From Candidatus Poseidoniales archaeon (GTDB lineage: Archaea > Thermoplasmatota > Poseidoniia > Poseidoniales > Poseidoniaceae), in assembly GCA_038116375.1 (NCBI GenBank), contig JAYNUQ010000002.1, forward strand, positions 26,766 through 90,765: DNA of 64,000 nt, written 5' to 3'. How positions within the stretch are numbered: the first letter of the stretch is position 1; every line of letters begins with the position of its first letter. Shown one piece after another: positions 38,127-45,979 of this stretch. The position numbers and the translations under genes are program-made. The notes under the pieces are model-generated. The model did not search any database. It worked only from the letters and a program-made list of their open reading frames with translations, and was not told the origin of the DNA.

Positions 38127-38513
38127 ATGTGGGCGAGAAGAACACGTGTCCTCGTTTTGGGCGCCGTGTTGACGTTAGGTCTTCTCGCTACGGTCCTCCT
38201 CCAATCACCCGTCCCGACGCAGACGGTTGACGAATTGATGTCCTCTCCTTCATCACATCTCGATGAGGAAGTCGCTGTTCGGGGAGAGGTTCAAGACGGA
38301 ACCATCGATAACGGGACGAAAACCTTCGTCCTTGAGGGGCTCACCTCAACACTTTCGATACGATTTACCGATGCCATGGTCTCCAACGGCCTGGATGATA
38401 ATCGAACGGTCTATGCTGAGGGCACCCTGTTTATGGAAAACGGCGTGTATTACCTCGAGGCGCATACCATCAAAACTTCGTGTCCCTCAAAATATGAAGA
38501 GGCCGAGGCTTAG
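38127..38513 (+). CDS. ccmE: cytochrome c maturation heme chaperone CcmE, CXXXY variant
   Basis: The N-terminal anchor is MWARRTRVLVLGAVLTLGLLATVLL. An OB-fold pattern follows (EEVAVRGEVQDGTID...TFVLEG...LSIRF...RTVYAEGTL...YYLEAHTIKT). It is collinear with E. coli CcmE and ends in SCPSKYEE where bacteria have KHDENY (His to Cys). A GAGGTG SD-like site lies 9 nt upstream. Confidence 0.7.
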   Translation: MWARRTRVLVLGAVLTLGLLATVLLQSPVPTQTVDELMSSPSSHLDEEVAVRGEVQDGTIDNGTKTFVLEGLTSTLSIRFTDAMVSNGLDDNRTVYAEGTLFMENGVYYLEAHTIKTSCPSKYEEAEA

Positions 38514-38536
38514 TCGGTTTTCTTCCTGCGTTGGCT

Positions 38537-38546
38537 TCATATAGGC
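38537..38546 (+). promoter_or_regulatory. putative archaeal TATA box for the SRP RNA gene
   Basis: TTCATATAGG is centred about 30 nt upstream of the predicted 5' end of the SRP RNA. The identical 10-mer occurs upstream of rps19e (61088..61097). Confidence 0.45.
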
Positions 38547-38572
38547 TAGGCGACGGCCATCTTATGGGATAG

Positions 38573-38867
38573 GTGGGGAGCTCGGCGTACCCTGAATCAC
38601 AAATCGTCGTTATGGTGGACCGAACGCCTTGGGGCGGCGGAAGCGGCCGTGGGGTTCCCGTAGGCGGACGTTGATGTCTCGCCCCCACATGACTCGGGTG
38701 TCATGAACCGTCTCCGGAAGGAAACGGGGAGTGAATAACCGGGGGACTAGGTCAGGCCGGGAACGGAGCAGCCCTACCTGGGGCCATGGGTGCTGTGGGG
38801 ATCCGGGATGGAGGAAGCTTGCGGATTTGGCCTTGCGAAGCGCACGTCCACCCTTGGCTCTCCCACC
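38573..38867 (+). ncRNA. signal recognition particle RNA (archaeal 7S type, about 295 nt)
   Basis: The helix-8 core GGUCAGGCCGGGAACGGAGCAGCC (about 38749-38772) matches the universally conserved SRP RNA motif (E. coli 4.5S: GGUCAGGUCCGGAAGGAAGCAGCC) and has a GNRA loop. An upstream helix-6-like hairpin has a GGAA loop (CCGUCUCCGGAAGGAAACGG). The 5' GGUGGGGAGC pairs with the 3' GCUCUCCCACC to close the molecule. The region has no credible protein ORF. Confidence 0.85.
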
Positions 38868-39362
38868 TCAAATGTCAAAGACGACGTCAGCGTACCATCC
38901 GGGTCCATCGAACTCAGGAACATCGTCCCACTCACTTCTGATGGTTGTGCCAGTGAGGACTTCGCTGACCACGAAATTGTGCGTGGTAACCGCCTTGATC
39001 TCAACCTCACGCTCAATCTCGCTTGCGTCAACCCACGATACTTGTGCTACGATAGAGAGTGCCTCTTCGGTTCTCTCAATTTTTACCATACCGTCCATAA
39101 ACCATTGATTCTTGACTTCCGAACGATAGAGGACTTCGTCAAGCCACGCCATGTAGAGGAATTCGTAGTCAAACGGACTGTGTTCCGACTGAACCCGCCA
39201 CTCCCCCGTGTGGCGGACGTGGGAATTGATGGTCCTGGCACTGTTTTCGCTCAACAAATAGGTTTGGATGCCGTGAGCCGCCTCGATGAGTAAACGTGAG
39301 TAGGAATTCGCGAAGACTCGCATGCCAATGTCAGCGGTCGTCGGCCAAAACCACGCACTCAT
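38868..39362 (-). CDS. hypothetical protein
   Basis: This 164-aa ORF starts 9 nt downstream of the sugar-kinase gene on the same strand and is probably co-transcribed with it. I recognise no motif. Confidence 0.55.
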   Translation of the reverse strand: MSAWFWPTTADIGMRVFANSYSRLLIEAAHGIQTYLLSENSARTINSHVRHTGEWRVQSEHSPFDYEFLYMAWLDEVLYRSEVKNQWFMDGMVKIERTEEALSIVAQVSWVDASEIEREVEIKAVTTHNFVVSEVLTGTTIRSEWDDVPEFDGPGWYADVVFDI

Positions 39363-39371
39363 GGCTTCACC

Positions 39372-40433
39372 CTAACGCTTGGAGACCTGCAAATTCCATA
39401 CGTGTTCACCCACGCGATGAATCAAATCGTCTCGACTCAAAACAAAGGAATCCGTTCGTTCGGCCCCAAGAATGCACTCGCATGCTGCGTTGGCCAACAG
39501 CGCCGTCGAGTGAACATCCAAGTTTCGGGAAAGTGAAAACGCAATGGCAACGGCTGCAGCGTCGATAAGGCCAATCATCTGGCGCAAGTCCACAAGACCG
39601 CACGGGGCATGAACCGTCTCTTCTTCTGCAGAGTAGATGGTAACTCCAGCTTCGCCTGAGAGCACAACAAGATGATTCCAGTTGTACTGTGCCAGCAATT
39701 TGCTTGCTGCCTCGGCCCCTGTGGTCGCTCCGAGTCGTCGTCGCATCAATTCCAACCCTTGGGACTGGAAAAGGATCCAATCAACGCCCTCTGTGCGGTG
39801 AAGGCCAGTGAGTTTGGGGTCGGCGATAACGGGGATTCCTCCTTTTCTGGCAGCGGCGAACAACCGTTCGGAACCCGTATCGGTAATCACTCCCTGCCCG
39901 TAATCCGAGGCAATGAGGGCTGCAGCACCCTTGAGGTCTTCAATCGCCTGAACGTAGAGGGCCTCAGACGCTTCTTGAGGCACGGGTGCATCTTCCTCAA
40001 TGTCCCAACGGAGCAGCAATTGCTCTTCCCGAATCAGACTCTCTCGTGAGGCTAACATGCGTGTTTTCACCGTGGTCGTACGGTCTTCAACGATGGCGAT
40101 ACCGTGGGTGGTGACACCCTCGGATTCGAGGGATTCAATGATGCTTAATCCAGCAGCATCGTCGCCCACAACACCAAACAGGTGGCTGTCAAGACCCATG
40201 GAACGGAGCCCTCGGGCGACGTGAGCAGCTGCACCCACATCCTCTTCGCGAGACGTCTCTCGGAGCACGGGAACGGGGGCTCGAGAATTGAGATTGTTTG
40301 CATATCCGTGAATGTAGCAATCCATCATGACGTCGCCAATCAATACAATTTTGCTGGATTCTTCAGACCGCAGGTGCCTCTTCAACTCAGAGAGGGTATC
40401 GTGCAACATTGCTTCTTCGTCGGTCATTCCCAT
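39372..40433 (-). CDS. PfkB-family carbohydrate kinase (RfaE/HldE domain I-like)
   Basis: KIVLIGDVMMDCYIHGYANNLNSRAPVPVL...GAAAHVARGLRSMGL..FGVVGDDAAG parallels the heptose-7-phosphate kinase N-terminus. The C-terminal segment GLIDAAAVAIAF...ANAACECILG is the PfkB anion-hole region. Confidence 0.75.
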   Translation of the reverse strand: MGMTDEEAMLHDTLSELKRHLRSEESSKIVLIGDVMMDCYIHGYANNLNSRAPVPVLRETSREEDVGAAAHVARGLRSMGLDSHLFGVVGDDAAGLSIIESLESEGVTTHGIAIVEDRTTTVKTRMLASRESLIREEQLLLRWDIEEDAPVPQEASEALYVQAIEDLKGAAALIASDYGQGVITDTGSERLFAAARKGGIPVIADPKLTGLHRTEGVDWILFQSQGLELMRRRLGATTGAEAASKLLAQYNWNHLVVLSGEAGVTIYSAEEETVHAPCGLVDLRQMIGLIDAAAVAIAFSLSRNLDVHSTALLANAACECILGAERTDSFVLSRDDLIHRVGEHVWNLQVSKR

Positions 40434-40442
40434 GGTTTCACC

Positions 40443-41426
40443 TCATTTTCCACCTGTCAACTCACTCATGACGCGTTCATGCTCGGATTCTGAAATGCCC
40501 AACGTTCCGCGCAACGTCCTCAAAATCGCATGTTCATCGGCGGTGATCACGTTGTCTTGCATGGCTGTTCGAACGGCTGCAGCGTAGGTGTGATACTGCT
40601 CAGAAAGCAGCGGTGCATTTCGCGCCTTCTCAAGAAGCGTGTTGTGGGTTACTTGGTCAATACCGAAATGAACTCGGAACGTATCCAGCAGGTCAATTTC
40701 ATCTTGAATGATTTCCCCGTCTTCAAGTGCTTGCAAAATCATGTCGAAATAAACCTCTTCAGGCGGTGGGATTTTGAGTGCTTTTCTCGCCTCGTTTGAC
40801 AGTCTGCGAACACGCTCGGGGTGCATTCCCAGAAATTCTACCACTTCGTTGAGCAAAGACTGTTCGTCCTTGGTGATTTTACCATCTTCCCAGGCACGTG
40901 CAAACATTCGTCGTACGAGTTGCTCGCCGTATTGTGCATCAATGGACGCCATTCCTTCAGGATTGGAAACCGGTGATACCAGCGCTGCGTCGTGATACAC
41001 CATGGCATCGTCAACGTGAGAGAGCAACTCAAGAAGTGGTTTCGGCGAAACCCAGAGGCTTCCAAGCAAAACAAGTTCTCCATTACAGCTCACCTGTTTT
41101 GCAAAGATTCCATCACGCAATTCTTCCGCACGCTGACGCCCTGTTTCGGTAAGGGTGTAGACGCGTTTGCGTTGCTTGCCACCGGGTATGTGGCGCTGTG
41201 CAACATCAATCAGGTCGTTGCTCTCCATGCGCTTGAGCGTTCGTGGAATGTGTTTTCGCTGAATGTGAACGGCTGCCGAGATGCCTGCTTGTGTCAATGA
41301 GGCGGGTGCCTCCCAGCCACCGCTCGGAAGTTGTTGGTTGATGAGGTGCAACAGTGTACGCTCTTCGGTGGTGAGCGTGCCCAAGTAGCCGTCCACCATG
41401 TTGCTCCGCTTGGGGAGGTAGCACAT
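40443..41426 (-). CDS. winged-helix DNA-binding protein with three TerB/DjlA-like repeats
   Basis: The wHTH segment is LTQAGISAAVHIQRKHIPRTLKRMESNDLIDV...KRVYTLTETGRQRAEEL. It is followed by three repeats: DGKITKDEQSLLNEVVEFLGMHPERV, DGEIIQDEIDLLDTFRVHFGIDQVT and DNVITADEHAILRTLRGTLGISESEH. I chose the start MCYLPKRS at 41426. The ORF-track start at 41849 would overlap endA. Confidence 0.6.
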   Translation of the reverse strand: MCYLPKRSNMVDGYLGTLTTEERTLLHLINQQLPSGGWEAPASLTQAGISAAVHIQRKHIPRTLKRMESNDLIDVAQRHIPGGKQRKRVYTLTETGRQRAEELRDGIFAKQVSCNGELVLLGSLWVSPKPLLELLSHVDDAMVYHDAALVSPVSNPEGMASIDAQYGEQLVRRMFARAWEDGKITKDEQSLLNEVVEFLGMHPERVRRLSNEARKALKIPPPEEVYFDMILQALEDGEIIQDEIDLLDTFRVHFGIDQVTHNTLLEKARNAPLLSEQYHTYAAAVRTAMQDNVITADEHAILRTLRGTLGISESEHERVMSELTGGK

Positions 41427-41573
41427 AGGACAATCGGTTTCAAGCGACGGAATCAAAAACGGATGGACAATGGATGGAGCATGGGAGGTCGTGAACGAAA
41501 ATACACGCCTCGCGTTCGGAGCACACGGCCCATAGGAGAACCTCGTACGGCCAATGCCCCTCCGGGTCAAGCC

Positions 41574-42563
41574 TTGGAAGCACCCGTTCACCGAGCAGGT
41601 TTCTGGTTTGTCTCTGAGCCCCTTTCCCAACGACTTCATCAAAAAAGCGCTCTGGGCCAGCCAACCGAAGGAGGGATTCTGCTCACTCCAGAGGAGGTCA
41701 TGTTTTGCCATTGGTATCGCCACGTACCTCTTCCCGATGGTCCCGATTGGTTTGAAGATCAATTGGTAGCTGACGACGAAGTCGCAAAGCGTACCATCGC
41801 CCTCGACGTCTTGAGGAACGGTGGAGAGCGAGTTGTTCCTGCTGCTCATCTGACAGAGCGGTTTCCTTCACTTCCAGAAAAGACGTGGGCGGTTCGCTGG
41901 GAGCGCCATGAAGCCTGGTCATCCCATCATGGATTCAGTCAAATTCGACTGCAACGGACAAACGATACGCTCGATTGGAAGGAACTCAGTGAATGGGTGC
42001 GTTCCGTGCTCGCCATGGAGCATGTCGCTGAGTTGTGTGTTATTGACGAAGAATTTGACACCACGGTGTATCACCTATCGATGGCGAACCCGAACGGAAA
42101 TCAACTTCTCTTTTCTCAGTTAACCTCAGACAAGCAAAATGATTTGGTTGAAGCGTGCATGAATGCCGTCCACGTTGAGGGAGGCTATTTTGTTAATCAT
42201 CCCGGAGAATGGCCCTTGCCTTCCGTAGGGCTCCAACACTTCTCAGGACGCTACCTTCGTGGAGAGGAGTATCGGCAATTCGTGGGTACATCTCAACCGG
42301 AGGACGATCTCTACGCTGCATTGGTCAACGCAGGGCTGCTCTTACGCCCTGGCTTCAAGTACGGGTGTCGCTGGAGGGCGTATGAAGAAGGCATCGAGGT
42401 TGCTCACGCACCCTGGCTGGTTCAACCGGAGAGCGAAGCCCCTCAAACTTGGGAGGAAGTTTGCCTGGCCGTTCGTCTTGCTGAGGGGGTCAACAAACGC
42501 TGGATATGCGCCCAAAGGTCCACGAACGGATATTCATTTCTCAACATCAAACGAATCGGTTGA
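41574..42563 (+). CDS. endA: tRNA-splicing endonuclease, two-repeat (alpha-prime-2) type
   Basis: The C-terminal repeat carries the catalytic Y/H/K pattern (GFKYGCRWRAYEEGIEVAHAPWLV ... RLAEGVNKRW). The N-terminal repeat is degenerate. The start is uncertain: a TTG at 41574 gives LEAPVHRAGFWFV, and in-frame ATGs lie at 41463, 41481 and 41700. Confidence 0.75.
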   Translation: MEAPVHRAGFWFVSEPLSQRLHQKSALGQPTEGGILLTPEEVMFCHWYRHVPLPDGPDWFEDQLVADDEVAKRTIALDVLRNGGERVVPAAHLTERFPSLPEKTWAVRWERHEAWSSHHGFSQIRLQRTNDTLDWKELSEWVRSVLAMEHVAELCVIDEEFDTTVYHLSMANPNGNQLLFSQLTSDKQNDLVEACMNAVHVEGGYFVNHPGEWPLPSVGLQHFSGRYLRGEEYRQFVGTSQPEDDLYAALVNAGLLLRPGFKYGCRWRAYEEGIEVAHAPWLVQPESEAPQTWEEVCLAVRLAEGVNKRWICAQRSTNGYSFLNIKRIG

Positions 42564-44630
42564 ACCCAATCCGTCGACGGGCCGCCCCCATGCATCCATT
42601 TCCATCACAGGAGGTTCAGATTCACCGTCGGTTTCTGAGGATGATTGAGGTGCTCTTTTCGGGAGCGTTGCAGACAGGGCAGTCAAGCCAAGAATCAACA
42701 GCATAGCAGCGATGACACGACCGGGTGTCGTCCATGTCGCTACCAAATCCTCCTTCTCAGTGCTCGCTTCCAACTCGAGTTCAACCGACCATGAAAGGCC
42801 CTCATCGTTCATCAAAACGACGGACCCGTAGACCAGCATGTTGTTGGTAAGGAGTCCATTTGGTTCAATACGCAACGTGTAGGATCCGTCCTCTCTGAGG
42901 ACCACATCCTCTGAACCCGAGGCGACACGACTTACTGGACCGTCCAAGGACACTGAAAGGCGTTGTTCACCCGAACCTGTCGATTCTAATGGAATACTGA
43001 GGAGTGTTGTATCCGTGGGATGAACGGTTGCCGTGAACGTGGATTCTATCGGAATTCGGTTCATCACATGGACGGGATATTCAAGATCGATGGTGCTCGT
43101 ACCGCATGAAACGGTTCCGCTGAGGGTCATCGCTGAACCAGGTACTCCTGCTCGGCTGAACTGGAAAGAATGCTGTTGATTTTCACTGACCAATGCAACG
43201 CCTCGACCATCGGAGGACGTGAGATCGCTTGAACACGATTCGTCGGTTCCGCCGATGTGTACGGGGATGACATCGTCTGACAAAATCGTGGCACCATGAT
43301 CCATGATGTCCAAGGTAAATTCAGGGTTACAGTAGGCTGCATTGAAGGATACAGAGATGTTTTCTTCGCCTGTAATCGTGGCGGTCCAAGGAACCAAGAT
43401 GCCATCATGGGATCGGATTTGAACGCCGCTTGCACCGAACGACATGTTGTGCGTAAACACATCACTGGCTTCGCCTTGGTTCGAGCCGCGAACCAAATCA
43501 TCACCTTCATCGGCTTCAATCACTTTTAACCAAGGTAGGTTCGGGTTGGTGTTGACTTCGTTTCGCTCAAAATCACCAACCGTGAGGTCCTGCTGGCTCA
43601 CAAGAACACCGTGGCCGGGCAGCCGACTGTCATACCCTGAATCGGAACGGTGTTCTATGAAAATGGATTCCATTTCGTTGATGGGAACCTTCAGCACCAC
43701 ACCGCCTTCGGTGATACCATCGAGAAGAACGGTTGGACCGATGCAGGGTTGGGCCGCATTGCTGGGCCAGGAGAGTTCGAGGGTTTCCACGCGCTCCGGT
43801 CGGACCAGTTCCATGTTGGCCCCAGTTGGCATGGCGGGCCATCGGCCCCCTCCGTTCCAGTTTCCGCTGGCCATGATGTCCCAATCTCCTGGACCTTTCC
43901 AAGATTGAATGCCAACCTCATCATGCACGGGGTAAAGATCGATGGCACCCATTTGGTGAAGCATTTCGTGAATCATGGTTCCGACCCCACTTGAACCGGT
44001 TTGCAAACTGGCCATGGTGTAATGTTCAATCACCATGTCCTCTGGCAACGTTATCGGCGATTCAAATTGCGTGTAATGTGACCAGATTCGCTGCGTGATT
44101 CCAGGATTTTCTTCTTGTCCTTTGGTCGTGTGGAGCACCAACAATCGGTCCACTTTTCCGTCATCGTCGAGGTCAAAGGTGGACCAGTTTACTTCATCTC
44201 GAACGGCGGTCACGGCTTCTTCCGCCAAGGTTGCGGGGAGAAAAGAACCGTCCGCATCCGTGTCCTTCCCCGAACCGTCCTTGCCGTAGACATCGTAGGT
44301 GCTTTGCGCCCGTACGACATTAGGGTATACCGTGATGGATAGGGTTGAGGAATTTCCAGACACCTGTTCGATGTAAGGAACGACCGCCTGTTCCAGTAAG
44401 TTCTCTGCTTCTGATGGTCCCCAAGCATTCCCTGCTTCATGGCCTTCAAAATCGACGATAACGACCATCCAATGTTCATCATTTTGGAGGGGGACCTGAA
44501 CAGACTGCTCGGTACTGTCAACGATCAACTGCTCAACCAACCATTCTTCGATGGTCGATTCGTTGGCAAAGGACCATGCTGCGGATGCGAACATCACCAG
44601 GGCAACAAGTCCGGCCGCGAGCCGCTTCAT
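42534..44630 (-). CDS. secreted, C-terminally anchored zinc metalloprotease (M6 / immune-inhibitor-A-like domain)
   Basis: The signal peptide is MKRLAAGLVALVMFASAAWS. The HExxH region GVGTMIHEMLHQMGAIDLY fits the M6-domain pattern HExxHxxGxxDxY. A C-terminal TM segment is present (VIAAMLLILGLTALSA). Confidence 0.65.
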   Translation of the reverse strand: MKRLAAGLVALVMFASAAWSFANESTIEEWLVEQLIVDSTEQSVQVPLQNDEHWMVVIVDFEGHEAGNAWGPSEAENLLEQAVVPYIEQVSGNSSTLSITVYPNVVRAQSTYDVYGKDGSGKDTDADGSFLPATLAEEAVTAVRDEVNWSTFDLDDDGKVDRLLVLHTTKGQEENPGITQRIWSHYTQFESPITLPEDMVIEHYTMASLQTGSSGVGTMIHEMLHQMGAIDLYPVHDEVGIQSWKGPGDWDIMASGNWNGGGRWPAMPTGANMELVRPERVETLELSWPSNAAQPCIGPTVLLDGITEGGVVLKVPINEMESIFIEHRSDSGYDSRLPGHGVLVSQQDLTVGDFERNEVNTNPNLPWLKVIEADEGDDLVRGSNQGEASDVFTHNMSFGASGVQIRSHDGILVPWTATITGEENISVSFNAAYCNPEFTLDIMDHGATILSDDVIPVHIGGTDESCSSDLTSSDGRGVALVSENQQHSFQFSRAGVPGSAMTLSGTVSCGTSTIDLEYPVHVMNRIPIESTFTATVHPTDTTLLSIPLESTGSGEQRLSVSLDGPVSRVASGSEDVVLREDGSYTLRIEPNGLLTNNMLVYGSVVLMNDEGLSWSVELELEASTEKEDLVATWTTPGRVIAAMLLILGLTALSATLPKRAPQSSSETDGESEPPVMEMDAWGRPVDGLGSTDSFDVEK

Positions 44631-44694
44631 GTCGATGTCTGGGTGTTTTTGTGTTTGAACCTTGGGAGTTCCTGCAACCGAGAACAGGATTCAG

Positions 44695-45969
44695 TCATGG
44701 AGCGTAGGTGCTGCATTGTGAAATCAGGACGACGTCGTCCTGCTCGTACCGCTTCCAAGGCAAGCCACCCTCCAACGCCTGATGATTTCCACCTCGCTTG
44801 ATCAGGGTTTTCGTGTCAACCATCTCAAGGAGCCTTTGGTCCTGAACTTGCGGTGAAAAAAGAGCAGGTATGGAATGAAACGAATAGAGGACATCAAGGC
44901 TCGGATTCGGTGTTGTGACCCTGTGATTTTGGAGGTTCATCATGTTCAACCCGTGGACAGCAACTTGGAGATGGTGCATGTTGTTGATCATGGTGGGCGG
45001 ACATGCTTTGGCATCGCACCCTGTGATCACCACATCCGTGACCCGAGTCTGAATCACATGTTCCAACAACATGGTCCTGCTTGCCTCCTGCGTGCAGAGC
45101 GCTTCGACACTGACGTTGTAACACCCAGGGATATTTGCATGACCGTGGTGAATGTTTCCTCCCTCGCATGAACAATCAACAACCGAGATTCGACGTCGAC
45201 GACCTTCAGCATCCAAACGCACTTTGGCCGTCCCGTTCACATGCAAGGTTGCGTTGAACCATCTTTGACCCAGCAATTCTGTGGACGTCCAATAGGTGGC
45301 AAGGAGCGGGAGAAGCATCGATGATGCGTGCTCGGGGAGGGACAAGATGAGCAGCAAACTGCCGATACCGTACACGCGTAAACGCCAGTAATTCGCCGTT
45401 TCTTTGTGAATGACGGCCATGGTGCCCAGCACGAGAATACATGTCCATGTGGCTGCAACCACCATGAACGCCCATATGCAAAACGCCGCTACCAGCAGCA
45501 TGTCGATGGCACTGTACTGGGCGGCCAGACCAGCCTCTTGATGTTGCTCAAATCCAAAGGCGTACAACGTTGGCAAGCCCTTGGTGAGAAACAGCATCGT
45601 GGACGCAATGAGAAGTAGGGATGTAGCAGCAAGCCAGCGCCTAAGGGCCTGATGTTCTGATGGCAGTAGGCCAGGTTTGGTAAACCGGTCAAGGTGAAAG
45701 AGCAGCAGCGGCAGGGCCGAAAAGATACCCAGCAACAGGGCGGTCAGCCATCGAACGGCACTCCACTGGGCTGGGTCATACACGTTGAGGCAATCTCCTG
45801 CGCACGGTTTCAACATCGTGAGCAGTCCATCAAGAACATCATCAACAAAATACGACCAAGCAAGGGTTAGAATCACGACGGCCGAGAACAGCAGAGTTGT
45901 TCGCCACGTGAGTTCGTCAAGGTGAGATTGAAGAGCACGATTCTTGTCCTGTTCCAACAGAACCGACAT
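44695..45969 (-). CDS. tatC: TatC (twin-arginine translocase subunit) fused to a C-terminal Cys-rich MvhD/FlpD-like domain
   Basis: The TatC hallmarks are HLDELTWRTTLLFSAVV (HLxELRxR), ...FSALPLLLFHLDRFTKPGLLPSEHQAL (FxxPGLyxxE) and six TM segments. Residues about 255-424 read ISVVDCSCEGG...CYNVSVEALCTQEASRTMLLEHVIQTRVTDVVITGCDAKAC. This follows the FlpD/MvhD pattern (..F.C.W....vr.i.v.C.g.v....il.A...GaDGV.v.GC....C). Confidence 0.7.
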   Translation of the reverse strand: MSVLLEQDKNRALQSHLDELTWRTTLLFSAVVILTLAWSYFVDDVLDGLLTMLKPCAGDCLNVYDPAQWSAVRWLTALLLGIFSALPLLLFHLDRFTKPGLLPSEHQALRRWLAATSLLLIASTMLFLTKGLPTLYAFGFEQHQEAGLAAQYSAIDMLLVAAFCIWAFMVVAATWTCILVLGTMAVIHKETANYWRLRVYGIGSLLLILSLPEHASSMLLPLLATYWTSTELLGQRWFNATLHVNGTAKVRLDAEGRRRRISVVDCSCEGGNIHHGHANIPGCYNVSVEALCTQEASRTMLLEHVIQTRVTDVVITGCDAKACPPTMINNMHHLQVAVHGLNMMNLQNHRVTTPNPSLDVLYSFHSIPALFSPQVQDQRLLEMVDTKTLIKRGGNHQALEGGLPWKRYEQDDVVLISQCSTYAP

Positions 45970-45979
45970 GGGCCTTCAC

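Noticed and set aside
38731-39293. ORFs 38731..39108 (+), 38774..39031 (-) and 38790..39293 (+) from the track.
   Set aside because: They overlap the SRP RNA and/or are antisense to the 38868..39362 gene. Their translations are Arg/Gly/Ser/Pro-rich, as expected from structured GC-rich RNA.
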